A DNA stretch of 64,000 nucleotides, taken from Antedon mediterranea (taxonomy: Eukaryota > Animalia > Echinodermata). This document shows, piece by piece, positions 1 to 13,189 of this stretch (position 1 is its first letter; each line of letters starts with the position of its first letter). Position numbers and translations under genes: made by a program. The DNA is taken from contig NC_092677.1 in NCBI RefSeq assembly GCF_964355755.1, positions 208,101 through 272,100 of the forward strand, written 5' to 3'. The notes below the pieces were generated by a model, which was not told where the DNA came from, searched no databases, and saw only the letters and a program-made list of their open reading frames with translations.

Positions 1-1983
1 TCATTGTGAAGCTGTTGTTTAAAGTGCTTACTGGATTGTTGAAAGTTGAAGTTGATTGAAATTAAAGCTTTGTTTTTGAGTTATTTTACAACTTTGTGGA
101 TTTTGTGTGTATACTTTTATGTCACAAGGGAGTTCCTAAAGTATTTTCAACCGCTCGGAAACATACGTGAGAGGAGTTCGTGACATTGCCGCAAAATAGT
201 AACAGACATAGCAGTATGTATGGCTGGTTTATTGATTTCCCACACACATTTAAAGTAATTTATCCAATTACAATACAGATATGAGAAAATGTGTGAACAA
301 AAGTTTCAGTTAATATTTATAAACCTCTTTTCTTTTGCTACTACAGGAGCATCATTTTCGTTCATAATGCTGCATGCATCTCTTTTGGCAATTGAAGTTG
401 CTGAAGACGAAGAGGAATTGATGATGGAGTCTGTATTAACTATTGATGACGCCCCACAGTAAGGTACATATTGATGATGGAGTCCGTATTAACCATTGAT
501 GACGCCCTAGAATAAGCTATTGATGATGGAGCCGTTGGTCTCGGAAATAAAAATATTTATAGACGCAGTAATAATAATTTAAAGAATACTGATACCACAC
601 ATTAAATACCGTAGTTGAGAATCTTTCAAAAATACCTTTTGTTTTTGTTTGTTTTTCTTTTGTTCTTGCACTTGAAAATAAAGTGCACTATTTTGATGTG
701 TATGTGATTGTAAATTAAATGGGTTTGAAATTTATGTCATGGTGTATGGTGTTATAATAACAGTAATGTACTATCCAAATTCTAATATTTTTGTTGTTTT
801 ATTATTAATATGGTATACCCCAAATGTTTTGTTCATTATTCGACATCATAATCAATAAAATATACAACAAATATTGACAATCCTGGCCAGGAGCAGCTTA
901 AGAAAAATACATTGCTGTAACTCAAATGAGCCAGTTATCTCTAGTATATAAAATAAACTGTAAGTAAAATTTCTATAATCTATATAAACCCGGATTTCTA
1001 TTTTATCGTTTTAGTTACAATTGTGAACAAACATATTTAGACCTGTTTTATTTGAACATAGTTTTTTGTATTAAATACATTTATATTTTCGCTTAAATAA
1101 AAGAATTGTTTATTTATATCAGCTTTGTAAATAATTTTATTGTATATTGTTGTTAAGCAAGCACTCTATTTTTCCAACATGGGCAGCTGTTAAAGCTCTA
1201 CCGAGTTTACTCGACACCAAAGATTTCACATCGTGAGCAGCTGTGAAAACATAACTATCATGTTTATACCGAAGATTTCATAATACTGTAATAATATTTT
1301 CATTGAGGATTTTTTAAATCTGAACAAATTTTTACAAACACAATTTATCATGATTAATTTCTTTATTCATGGTAATAAATGTTCACATCAATCTTTTGTC
1401 AGCATAAGTTCATAGTGAAACCACTCATGAATTATACTAAGTATACAGTTATTTTTAATTAGCTCTTAACATATTAAATCATAATATAGTTTACACAGTA
1501 CTCTAAAAAGAAACACATGATAAAACTACAGAAACATAAGACATTCATTTAAATACACTACCTTATATTATCACTAGAAATACTCTTTATTTAAAAACCT
1601 CTTTATTCATTGTTATACTTTAATTATACTATTTTATTCTTTATAAAAATATTAGAAATATACAGTATGATATCTATCTTTAAAAAAGAAACAATGGAGA
1701 ATAGAATTACATAAATCGTTGGTTTAATTTTCATTCAAAATTGAGGAAAACTGTATCAGGAACTATATGAATTTAAAGCTTTGTATTTATATACAAAAAC
1801 ATGACAAGAATTTCGCTTTATAGTACTGTACTGGCAACATTTTTAATTTAATATTAAAACTCCATAAAATACACCAAAAGACAAATCCACATTTAATGTA
1901 CAGTTTATTAATTTTTATTGTCAGTTTTTGTCCAATTTTTATAACCCAAATTAAAACATTTGACTTGTAACTAGGATTTGTGT

Positions 1984-3055
1984 TCAATTACCATTTTGCA
2001 TAAACCTTTTCCTAACGTCATGTTGTGGTCCTATACCATTTCCACCATTTAATATATCTGTATGCAGACCATTCACACTTTTAACAACAACTTTATCAGC
2101 ATTTTTCTGTTCTCCAACAACTTGACCCTCAGGTGACCCAAAGATAGATTGTTTACTTCTCCAACGTCGATACATCTTAGTGTATTTGAAGACAGCAAAA
2201 TTTACAATCTGAACGGCAAAAACCAAGCTTACGAGCCATAAGCATACTGAACCAACTTTGAAGAAATTCAACGGTTCAGGATGAACCAACTCGCAATACA
2301 TGAAATATGAACCAAAAACCATTCGACACATAAGGAACGTAAACATGAATATGAAATCATTCAGCTCGTATACCGCACTGTATTTTTTACCCGTCTCGCG
2401 CATGAACCATCGAATCTGAAGCATTGGATTTGACATTTCACTTCCAAATATGGATGCATTGACCTCTGTTCCCGACCGCTCGGTATATAGAGATCCAAAA
2501 ATGCCCAGAATTGTGACAGCATGATGAAATATCATAAACAGGTTTTCGTTTTCAAAGAAGTAGATACACCAGAATATGTCAAATATGAAGTATCCAATAC
2601 ACAGGATCATTGTTAGAGTCTCGTATATGGTTGTTTTCCCACCTGAAAAGGTAGTAACAGTTAGTAAGTTATTGCTATTAGTATTAATGTATAAAGTATT
2701 GTTACTACTTGTTATAAGATCGTAATAATTGTTGTGTGATGATTCACATTAAACCAAACATGATTAGTTAGGACTATAATTCTTAATTATTATTATTGCG
2801 TTTTTGCGTTTACTAATTGAAAATATTGTGCAAGGGCTAGGGAATGTGGAACTTACCAGGATGTGTGAACGGCCATGGATTGTATAGAAAGCCAAAGAAT
2901 CCTGACAAGGTGACAAGCACAACACCATGAATAAAAGTCACAATTCTAGAATTCCATTCATAGCTTTGTTGAGGATTTAGTAGACAAACTATATTGTACA
3001 AAGTTGTCCACATAAACACACTGGATAACACAGCCCAGTACAGCGATTCATCCAT
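1984..3055 (-). CDS. TLCD5: TLC (TRAM/LAG1/CLN8) domain membrane protein, TMEM136/TLCD5-like; exons 3055-2857 and 2642-1984 (858 nt)
   Basis: ORFs 2837-3055 and 1984-2610 join in frame via GTAAGT donor (2856) and TTTTCAG acceptor (2643); motifs YEWNSRIVTFIHG, GYFIFD, MIFHH, GSEMSNPMLQIRWF typical of TLC proteins. A probable non-coding first exon ends at a GTAAGT donor at 4486. Confidence 0.85.
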
Positions 3056-3258
3056 TGCCTTAATAAAAACAAATCAACAAAATTAGGTTGGACAATCAAT
3101 AACAAATGAAGTTATAATAATATACAATTTAAACAAAAATATATACATTACATACATTTCGAACTTCATTTTATTTTTTTATTATAAGCTGATGACGTCA
3201 CAGTTGTTGGTAAACTTGCCAGAGGGCGTGGCCAAAAAGAAGGCAGTCTAGCCAGTTA

Positions 3259-4141
3259 GTGCATGTGTTATGCGCGATTTGAACGATTTGCGCAATTTGA
3301 AATTGCGCAAAAAAAATCCTTGCGCAATTTGAATTGAAACATGTGTTTCAAATTGTGCAAGCAACGTATTAAATTGCGCAAGTAATCTGCAAATTGCGCA
3401 AGGTTTTTCGACAGATTGTGAAATCATGCACACCCATATTTTTATAGTAATTTCTAAGAATGATTCAAAATTAAAGATAAATATCGCATTTCCTTACTTT
3501 AGTAGTGCAAATATTGTTATAAGTTAGCATACCGTCGAAGAACCGACGAAGGAAAACGAAGCGGTGGTGTTCCACCAGGCGGGCGCGGCGCGGGCGGCCG
3601 GCTATACTACTCTAGCCTAGCTAGGGTCTGGACTAAGGTTACATGGCCTAGCTTAAACTAATATTAAAAACTTAATTTTTTACATTTATTTTGATTTATT
3701 TCAAGTTACAGTGATAATATTATTTAATTGTAATAATAAATGTTATGTATTTATTATACACATGTTATCTTCGCATTTATTATGTTTTATTTTGAGTTAT
3801 TTAGTTTCCAATAAATTATTATAATACCGATTGTCTGGTAGAATTTTGTTGCGCAATTTGAAAATTTACAGTTCGTTTTCAAATTGCGCAAAGGTGTCAT
3901 ATTGCGCAAGAACTATCTTGCGCAATTTACAAATTGTGCAGCGCAATTTAAAATTGCGCAAGGATTTTCTTGCGCAATTTGAAATTGCGCAAGTTGATTG
4001 CGCAATTTGAAATTGCGCAAAAAAATCCTTGCGCAATTTTAAATTGTGCAAGAATTCTTTGCGCAATTTGAAATTGCGCAAGGATTTTTTTGCGCAATTT
4101 CAAATTGCGCAAATCGTTCAAATCGCGCATAACACATGCAC
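3259..4141. mobile_element. Non-autonomous TIR element (MITE) with subterminal TTGCGCAA palindrome arrays
   Basis: GTGCATGTGTTATGCGCGATTTGAACGATTTGCGCAATTTGAAATTGCGCAA at 3259 is the reverse complement of the end at 4141; no clear TSD; a short related fragment lies at ~19438-19465. Confidence 0.85.
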
Positions 4142-4742
4142 CCCACACACCATCCAATTATCCAATATTAAAGATTCTCCAAACAATAAGAAACAAACTC
4201 AATCAACTAGGTCTATATTTACTTATAATACTAATAGGCATATGTGCTATTGTTAATGCTTATCATACTTTGTTGTATTCAGGCCTATCAAAGATCATAA
4301 GGTTCCGCCGCGCAACCAGGAAAGGCCGGCCACACACCGTCCAAGAAGCAGCAACACACACGATGTCGGCTCAGCCTCGGAAGACAACGGACTTTTGGCT
4401 GAGATATATTTTGGATCAAGCTACATTTTATTTACTATCATTCTATATAAACCAAACAACCGTTGCATAAATGTTGAATTACTTACGTTTTCCTTCTGTC
4501 CTGAGTCGACTGATACTAAATTGTAGTTTATTCAAGAACTGGAAAATTGGTTTATTCACCTGGGATACTGCTGCTGCTGCTACTGGATTGGAAAACACAA
4601 CATAAACTGTGCGCCGCCGTCGGCCGTGCGATGGAAGAAGGTAGTAAATGTTCACCATAAAAATGTGTAGTAGTTGCTCTAGAGGGCGCTATAAAACAAA
4701 ACATCAGACGGACGGGAGGAGCCAAATCTGACAAAGATGTAA

Positions 4743-4880
4743 AGCTGTGTACATTATCAAACTTTATTTGACAAAAAAGTGAGATTTGCCCATATATGTA
4801 TATGATGATGTCATATCACACTACTATATTTAAGCATATCACTACCACATTTAGGCACATCACACTATTTTGTCTAGTGA
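4743..4880 (+). mobile_element. Degenerate copy of Tourist/Harbinger-like MITE family A
   Basis: TAA|AGCTGTGTACATTATCAAACTTTAT...GCCCATATATG...CATATCACTACCA matches copies at 27645, 54462, 55962 and 59105. Confidence 0.75.
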
Positions 4881-5728
4881 TTCCAATAAGCGATCATTCA
4901 TTAGTCGCGATTTTTAGACGTATGTGGACTGAGGCCATTTGTAGTTTTCATTAAAGTTAATCACTTTTGCCGAAAAAATTTAAAATAATGATTTAATTTA
5001 TTTAAAAAAAGACAAAATAACAGAAAACTCGTCTGACTTTCACTCAACCAGTTGACTAATTTTTCTTAAATTACGATTTATCACTGTAATATAATTCGAC
5101 TCGATTTTTTGGTCTAAGTGAATAAAGTACAGTATTACCGTATGTGATATTAAAATGACAACAAAATTAAATTAAAACAAAAATGACATTTAGTTAAAAA
5201 CTGTATTTCATTCATTTATTGACGTCACATTAATTGTTTACAGATTCTGCCGACGCCAATACCAGATGACGGCAGACTTCTCTAACATATTTAGCCACCA
5301 CGTGACCTCTGGTGGTTCAAATGATAATATTTAACCTAAGAAGTAATAATTTGATACAATATCTAAAGTTTAACATTAACAGCTTTATAGTTTGCAACAC
5401 ATAACGTACTTCAACAAAATAATACAGACGTATAACTCGCGTGATCATGAGGTTCTTTAATGAATACTACTCATGTACGTCATCCGTCTCGTCTCGACAC
5501 TCTATGCCAATAAAAAAAAAACGATGATATACAGTACACGCGAGAATTTGTTTCAAAAGTACAGTACCAAGCATTTCTGAAACGTACGATGTAGGCATAT
5601 AGCATATTGGTCTCATCAAAACGTCAGGTACTCAGTGTACAACCATCATGCAGGCAGGCATCAATTGACGCCGTCACATGACTATCTTTTAGAAAGTTAA
5701 CATTGTGTACAACACATGTACGTTTTCT

Positions 5729-8551
5729 TCATTTTACAACAGAATCATACATTTTATTAGAAAATTCAATTTTACTGGCAGACCCTGTTCTTGGCCTACT
5801 TCCTACTGTTATTGGTTCCATGGCACGATTTCCTGCGCTGTCAACACGTAAGCGAGGCATAGTACAACTTTTATCTGTTCCTGCTGAGGGATCTTCTTTC
5901 TTCTTTATTTTGCTTTCCAATTGCTGTACATGACGCTTTATGTTGCCCTCTGGAACAGCATACAGAGGTTTCGGTTTTGATTTGTCTTTATCAGTGCTCT
6001 GTATGGCATCTTCACAATTTTTTCGAAGTGTTGAAACCTTCGAGATTGCCTTCAATTCACTTTGTAATTTGTCTTTAGGTTTTGTTGGAAACCGAGATTC
6101 AAATCGAGCAGATACTGTTTTTCTGACGTTGTTTTTGATAAATTTATTCGATCCTAATGTCGATGAGGAAGAAAGTAGATCACGTTCGTCGCCATTGTCA
6201 CTGCTAGTTGGAAGCATAGTCATGTAACCAGGGCTACCAGGCTTGCGACTGCGCGGTGCCTTCCTCATTTGCTCCTTTTCATTATTTTCTTCATTTATTC
6301 TAATCACCGGTGGTTTCCATATTGGTTGATAACCATGTTCCTCTTTGTCATTTTTGTGTTTATTTTCACCTCCAGTTATCCCTGCTCCTATTGTGGCATA
6401 CACAACTTCTGAATGTATCGATCCTTGGCTTCCACCTTCACGACGATTTGTTGGGAACCCTTCAATAAATATCGACATATATGGCTGATCAGCATTCGCT
6501 TCATCTGTCTCATTCACGACATCTCGTTTGCGTTTATAACTCCAAAGGTACATGTAAAGCCCAACACCAACTCCCACAACTAGAATAAGTGCAAACAGCC
6601 CGCCGCCAATGACGCCTGCTTTAGAACCTTTCTTTTCGACAACATCTAGCTGTATCTTTCCCTCTATACGTCCTCCTGGATTCGACGCAACACAAGTGTA
6701 CTGACCTGCATCAATTAGCGAAACATTCTTTATATATAAATTGCCATTGGAATCAATCTCAAAACGTTCACTATATTGCTGAGTACCAATCTCAGAGTTT
6801 TTAACATCAAACCATCTCAAAACCGGTTTCGGAAAACCGTCAACGGTGCAGAAAAGATTCACATCCTCTCCAACTTCAACTCGCATATCACGTGATATCT
6901 TATCAAAAGATGGGGCAATGCACTGAAACTTTTCAGATTGCAAATTAAAGATGTTCTTGCCACGCACGCGTTCCGGTTGGTTGCATATTATAGATTGGAG
7001 TTTACTACCTGAATTAGACAGCCATTGTTTTAGTGACGTCATTCTGCAATCACAACTAAAAGGATTCCCTTCCAAAAGAAGGTTGAATGATTGGTTAATT
7101 GCCGGTGACGAGAATGACGTAATCTCATTTTCTCTTAAATCCACTGTTGATAATAACTTTAGACGTGGAAATATTTCACTAGGAAAAGTTTTTAAATTAT
7201 TACTTCGAAGATATAATTTGACCAAACTTGTTAATCCTGATAGCGCAGTCTCCTCTACCAATTTGATCACATTGTCGTCCAAATAAAGTATTTTCAGTCG
7301 ACTGAGAAGTCCAAAGTTGACGGCCATAACACTTTCAATCTTGTTTCCTTCAGCATAGAGAGCATTAAGATATATTAAAGGAGAAAACGTTGTATTTCCA
7401 ACATAGTGTATCTTATTCTTCCTAATAGATAGTGTTTTCAATGCAGAATTATCATTGAAAATATTTGATTGTAAAGCTTGTACATTATTAAATGAAATAT
7501 CAAGATCCTGAATTCTAAGCAGTCCACGAAAAGTGTGTTCAGATAAGTTAACTAGATTGTTATGTTGTAAATACAAAAACTCAAGACGCCTCAAATCAAT
7601 AAAAGTGTTGTCTTGTATTTGGCTGATGTAATTGTTATCAAGATGCAAATAATGAACGTTTTTAATTCCATTAAAAGATGTAGTCGTAAGTGTTAGAATC
7701 ATGTTGTTGCTAAGATGCAGAGACTGGAGTTCGGGGAAGACGGTGTCTGCAAATACATCTCCTGTAAAAGAACTCAGCAAATTATCGTTTAATTTCAAAA
7801 CTTCAAGCTTTGAACAATTTGAAAAGCAGTTCTTTTCAATTCGTTTTATGTCGTTATAACTTAAATCGAGAGACTGTAATTTCTTCAGATTATTGAAAGG
7901 CTGTGTGTTTAATTCAGATAGTTTGTTGTGATCAATTCGCAAAGTTTTTAAACGTACAATGTTTCCAAAAGCATTGATACCAAGAGCTTGTACCTTGTTT
8001 CTTGTAAGTTTTAACGTCTGCAGGTTAGAAACTCCTTCAAACATTTCCTTCGCCAATATGCTAATTGAATTGTTTCCTAGATCAAGCGTCTGCAAACTTG
8101 TAAGTTCTTCAAAAACACCAGCATTCAACGACGTTATTGAGTTGCTTCTTAATTTCAGATTAAGTAGATTGGATAATCCTTTAAAAGACTTATTATCAAT
8201 GGTATGAATTTTGTTATTGCTCAAATCTAAACTTTGAAGATTACTTAATCCCTCATTTCGAAATGACGTCATATCTGTGATTTGATTATTGCTGAGATCA
8301 AGGGACTTCACATTCTTAAGACAACCAAAATCATCTGAACTTAAAGTTTTTATAAAATTAAATGAAATGATCATCACTGATGTCTGAATATCACAAGGGA
8401 TACAGCTCAGATTTTGATAAGAACAATCGGTGACGTCACCACGAATAGTGCATTTTGTTTTATTTTGACAATTGACACTTGTTGATGGGCAAACAAAATA
8501 AACTGTGAATATGCATAGATGTAAAATTCCTATTGACTTTTCCATTGTCAT
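5729..8551 (-). CDS. Single-coding-exon LRR + Ig + transmembrane (LIG-type) receptor, 940 aa
   Basis: Signal-peptide-like N-terminus, LRRNT cysteines, many LxxLxLxxNxI repeats, LRRCT (NPFSCDC...C..P), Ig I-set (C..DGFPKP..W...DAGQYTCVASN), TM VIGGGLFALILVVGVGVGLYMYLW and a long cytoplasmic tail; acceptor CAG at 8562-8564 just upstream of the ATG. Confidence 0.93.
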   Translation of the reverse strand: MTMEKSIGILHLCIFTVYFVCPSTSVNCQNKTKCTIRGDVTDCSYQNLSCIPCDIQTSVMIISFNFIKTLSSDDFGCLKNVKSLDLSNNQITDMTSFRNEGLSNLQSLDLSNNKIHTIDNKSFKGLSNLLNLKLRSNSITSLNAGVFEELTSLQTLDLGNNSISILAKEMFEGVSNLQTLKLTRNKVQALGINAFGNIVRLKTLRIDHNKLSELNTQPFNNLKKLQSLDLSYNDIKRIEKNCFSNCSKLEVLKLNDNLLSSFTGDVFADTVFPELQSLHLSNNMILTLTTTSFNGIKNVHYLHLDNNYISQIQDNTFIDLRRLEFLYLQHNNLVNLSEHTFRGLLRIQDLDISFNNVQALQSNIFNDNSALKTLSIRKNKIHYVGNTTFSPLIYLNALYAEGNKIESVMAVNFGLLSRLKILYLDDNVIKLVEETALSGLTSLVKLYLRSNNLKTFPSEIFPRLKLLSTVDLRENEITSFSSPAINQSFNLLLEGNPFSCDCRMTSLKQWLSNSGSKLQSIICNQPERVRGKNIFNLQSEKFQCIAPSFDKISRDMRVEVGEDVNLFCTVDGFPKPVLRWFDVKNSEIGTQQYSERFEIDSNGNLYIKNVSLIDAGQYTCVASNPGGRIEGKIQLDVVEKKGSKAGVIGGGLFALILVVGVGVGLYMYLWSYKRKRDVVNETDEANADQPYMSIFIEGFPTNRREGGSQGSIHSEVVYATIGAGITGGENKHKNDKEEHGYQPIWKPPVIRINEENNEKEQMRKAPRSRKPGSPGYMTMLPTSSDNGDERDLLSSSSTLGSNKFIKNNVRKTVSARFESRFPTKPKDKLQSELKAISKVSTLRKNCEDAIQSTDKDKSKPKPLYAVPEGNIKRHVQQLESKIKKKEDPSAGTDKSCTMPRLRVDSAGNRAMEPITVGSRPRTGSASKIEFSNKMYDSVVK

Positions 8552-10624
8552 CTTTGTAATCCTGTTAAAAAAACGAAGATTAGATTTATATCGTTAAAAA
8601 CGTTTCATTGGTTAGGTTATGAGATATAAAATGACCGACATGATCAATTTTCAATCAATAAAAAAAGATTGCGTGTTTTTTTAATATTCAGAAGTAAAAA
8701 CTAACAGAAGAATGTGCTGATATTTTAAGTAATGTAATAAGGTTCCTATTATCAAGTGAATCGCAACAAATTTAGACATGTCGCGAATCAGCTATCACAT
8801 TAAATTACTTCCCATGAACACTGCAGGTTGATGGAGTGGCGGTAAAGGGTGCAGAGGAGGATCAAACTCGGTGAATCTCGGTAGGTGTGCCATGAACAGG
8901 CTAATTGTTCGCCCTATATGGTCGTAATCACAGCTTGATTCGGTTCTGATATTAAAGGGAGTGGGGAGTTTGCCTTACCGAAATGGTACTTTAGGCCTAT
9001 TTATCTATTTTAATATTTCAATACCGTATTTCTTCTTGAATTTGGTTTTAAAAAAAGAATTATATATAATATACCATCTGACCAGTTTTATAAAAACGTT
9101 TCTTACTATACCTAGTGAAAAACCTAAAATTAACATCTCTGATGAGGTGATATTCGTATGACCTCATCAATATAAATAGACCTAAATTACGTTTTTCTTT
9201 ATTTGTGATTAATAAATCAATAAATTATTATACCTCATAAAGTTGTATTATTTTACGATTCCTCAATAATATTCTTCCCGTATGAGCGTGGTGTGAAGCA
9301 GAGAAATACATCCAGATCTGTAGAAATGAAACCCATCCTCGACCGCTAGACTAGCAGCAGTGTCTGTAATGAACACCCATATACTCGATCGCTAACTAGC
9401 ACGAGACTGTATAAGAAAGTTCTCGGACAAGTTCTAGTATCACTAACATGTCCGTCTCGTCAAGGTTCAAAATATATTTCCGGAAAACATGTTGCCGAAT
9501 AGTCAAGTTTCGATGCGAGAATAATACATTTCTTAGATATAATTTCCAAGGCTGACTAGTGTCTTCGTATTAGTACGTTGCTACCCAGCTCAGTGCGTGA
9601 CCTGTTCTTAACGACGGTTTCAGGCATAATTACCATACGTGGACTTGAGCACAGATTCGTATTACTTGTACCACATGGGGTACATACCACGCATGGCTTT
9701 AACCCAAAAGATCTCGAAAAACAGAATAGAACAGGCCAGATGATTATTGTATACGTATGCAGTTAAAAAATAAAAAGAACATAAACTCTATTGCACTATC
9801 TAAATGTTTATCAAACCTTTAATCCTTGGTTATAGCTCTATAATGTGTGGTTTTTTTAAGAAGAAAAAGTAAAAATTAAAATTAGAAAAAAACTTGTATT
9901 TTGTAGGAAATATATGAATACAAATTGTTGAAATCATAAGAATGATTAACTGAGATTATAACGTTTAACGGCCTATAAAAAAAATTAAACCGAAAAATAA
10001 ACATTTGAATGAAAATGAAAAAGAAATTTTAAATCATGGCTATGATGGAAACTATGAGATGGTTGAAACCCAACTCGAATAAAAGTTATCTCCAACTGTG
10101 CAAAATTATTCATAAATTCCAGGCATGATCACGTGAAATGACGTCATCGATGAGGTAAGTGGTTTTAGTTTTTGTTTCTGAAAAATCCACATTGAGAATT
10201 AAGGATTACTATAGCAACTTGGTCGGCGAGTGCGGAGGAAGGTCTGGTCTAGTATTTTCAAACGTGAATATCTGAGTGATATTATTTAATTGTTGTAGTA
10301 GAAATTAAACACCGTGTAAATCTGAATGCATGTAAAATAGTACATACACAAAAATAATATAATTGCCAGTATTCTAATCATAGAATGATTGCCTTTTTGT
10401 GTACTTATATCTGGTCTGCGCCACTGTACCCACACACACGAGGGAATCGGAAAGTTGTAACTAAAGATAATTATAGGGGGCGCTCGTAACAGCAGCTAAC
10501 TTTGACTACAAAGTGATAAGAATGCGGTCCGGTGTGGTAATTCAATTCGGTTCGTGCTCGTAACTTCCTAATTTTGTCACTGCCAGTGGAGTCGTCCATG
10601 TCACAAAAACGACCCGTATGTAGG

Positions 10625-10658
10625 TTCTTTTTCGACACATTAATCACGCGTGGTAAGG
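10625..10658 (+). promoter_or_regulatory. TCT/5'TOP-type start and short non-coding exon 1 of UBA52
   Basis: Pyrimidine run TTCTTTTTC followed within 30 nt by a GTAAGG donor at 10653; typical of ribosomal protein genes; matching acceptor TTTTTTAG at ~11109. Confidence 0.65.
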
Positions 10659-11109
10659 AGTGTTGGACAATTTTACGTAATTTAATAGGTTTATTTCACT
10701 TCAAAAGAATATAATGTTATGGCAATATTAACACAATACACCTACATGTCTTTAGTGTATAGAAACAAGTGTATATTTGTACACAGTGTTTTGCCTTTAG
10801 TAACAATAATCGTCAGAACAGTTAGGGCTTCCTAGCCTAGGCCCAACATCATCGTCACATCAATCAAGCAAGCAGGCTTGCCGCTCGTTTGTTAGTTCGG
10901 CCTGCCCCCCCTCCCCCTCCCCCTCCTAGTGTAGTAAGCTAGGCCAGAGATAACGTTATCGGTGTACATTCCATGCTCGCTAAAAAACTTCCTCCTTCTT
11001 GACCCGTTGTGAACCCTGCTGTACATTATTACCAACACTGACTGGCACCACGACAAAATATATATTTTTATATCATAATTTCTTTAAAAATTGTTGGTTT
11101 GTTTTTTAG

Positions 11110-11665
<556 letters not shown>

Positions 11666-11815
11666 AATACAACTGCACGTCAATAACTCAAGATTATTTA
11701 CATTTAACATTATCTTGGATTAAAACATATTCCATAAAAATATTAAGCTTTTTCCGTCATTGTTAAATAAATTACACTAGAGCAGAATTTCTGTATTTTG
11801 TTTTTGTTTCAATTA

Positions 11816-12579
11816 CAGTCGACTCCGCCTAAGTCGAATCTAATGGGACCGGTATAAAAATTCGAGTTACGCGAACTTCGACTTACAGATTTGCCAAAAA
11901 AATGCTAGGCCTAGGTTCACTCACTAGCCGCGCTATGGCTACTAGGCCTAGTGGACCCTGTCCTGTCGCGATCGCGGCCCACGCGCGATGAGACTTCTTG
12001 AATTGAGTTTGCTTAGCTAGCTAGCTAGGCCTAATAAATGCTAAGCCTCTTTATCGGCAATGATAAACTGTATTTTTCTGAAACAATACAAAAACGTATA
12101 ATAAATACATTTCGGTTCTTATTCGAAATCGGTATCCATTGTTTATTGCCATCTGTCTAGCACAAAATAGGTACCCACAAAACGCCGCTCAAGTTCTCAA
12201 CTCTGAAACAACTCATAAACTATACACTAGCGCGAGTTGTAGGACGCCGCCTATACTATAGAACCTGCTTGAGAGAACCGATATGGTCCCACATTATCCC
12301 CTCCGTTGTTTGTTTATCGAATTACGTACGTTTCATCGGCTTTTTTAGCGCGTTGTTGCCGCGTAATTTGTGACTTCGACTTATACGATATAAATCACTA
12401 AAGAATGTGTGTATTCGGACCGCAAAAAGACGTCGACTTAGACGAATTTCGACTTAGAAAAATTCGACTTGGAAATAAAAATTACACAGTAATGTATAGG
12501 AAAGAATTGGGACTTTCCTAAAAATTCGACTTTCGCGATTTTTCGACTTACGCGAATTCGGCTTAGGCAGAGTCGACTG
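11816..12579. mobile_element. pogo/Tigger-like (Tc1/mariner superfamily) MITE
   Basis: TA|CAGTCGACTCCGCCTAAGTCGAAT...ATTCGGCTTAGGCAGAGTCGACTG|TA: TIRs starting CAGT with TA TSD; subterminal TTCGACTT repeats. Confidence 0.88.
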
Positions 12580-12584
12580 TAGTT

Positions 12585-12810
12585 GTACAGTATGATAATA
12601 TACAGTACAGTATGATAATGTACAGTACAGTATGATAATGTACAGTACAGTATGATAATGTACAGTACAGTATGATAATGTACAGTACAGCATGATAATG
12701 TACAGTACAGCATGATAATGTACAGTACAGCAATGTACAGTACAGCATGATAATATACAGTACAGTATGATAATAAAATATACAGCACAGTATGACAATG
12801 TACAGTATAA
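12585..12810. repeat. Minisatellite, 20-bp unit (TACAGTACAGTATGATAATG)
   Basis: Direct tandem copies; source of the spurious ORFs at 12438-12925. Confidence 0.95.
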
Positions 12811-13189
12811 ATAATTCTATTGTGGTGAAACATTTGTTATTATTTAGTGAATTCACAATACAGTATAGTGTTTGATTAAAATAGCGTTTCACAAAATAAG
12901 TAATGAGCTCTGCAAAGCACAACATTTTGGACTTTTTATTCGTATTTTGCCTGCCAGAATCTAAAACTACTGTACAGTATTATTCACCTCAAGACCAGGA
13001 TCCATGTTATCAAAGTAATGTCTATATAAAATTTATCTGTAATACAGTACTGTACTGTAATTTGGCAGGCAACATAGAGGATGGGTTAAAATTTAAATTA
13101 CTGTGCTTTGAGCAGCTATATAAATATCTGCACATTGAAGTTCAAATTTGCAGAAATATAGATTCTATTATAGAAATCACTTTTTACAT

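Noticed and set aside
3248-4470. ORFs with LRNFKLRK repeats
   Set aside because: Translations of MITE palindromic repeats.
4896-5122. Possible MITE with ATTCA(C)TTAG termini
   Set aside because: Inverted match too short and imperfect; no TSD or second copy seen.
10868-11060. Possible intronic H/ACA snoRNA in UBA52 intron 1 (GCAGGC...GCCTGC hairpin)
   Set aside because: No convincing two-hairpin H/ACA layout or rRNA guide identified by eye; needs an Infernal or snoReport run.
12438-12925. Overlapping Cys/Tyr-rich ORFs
   Set aside because: Translations of a 20-bp minisatellite and a MITE end.
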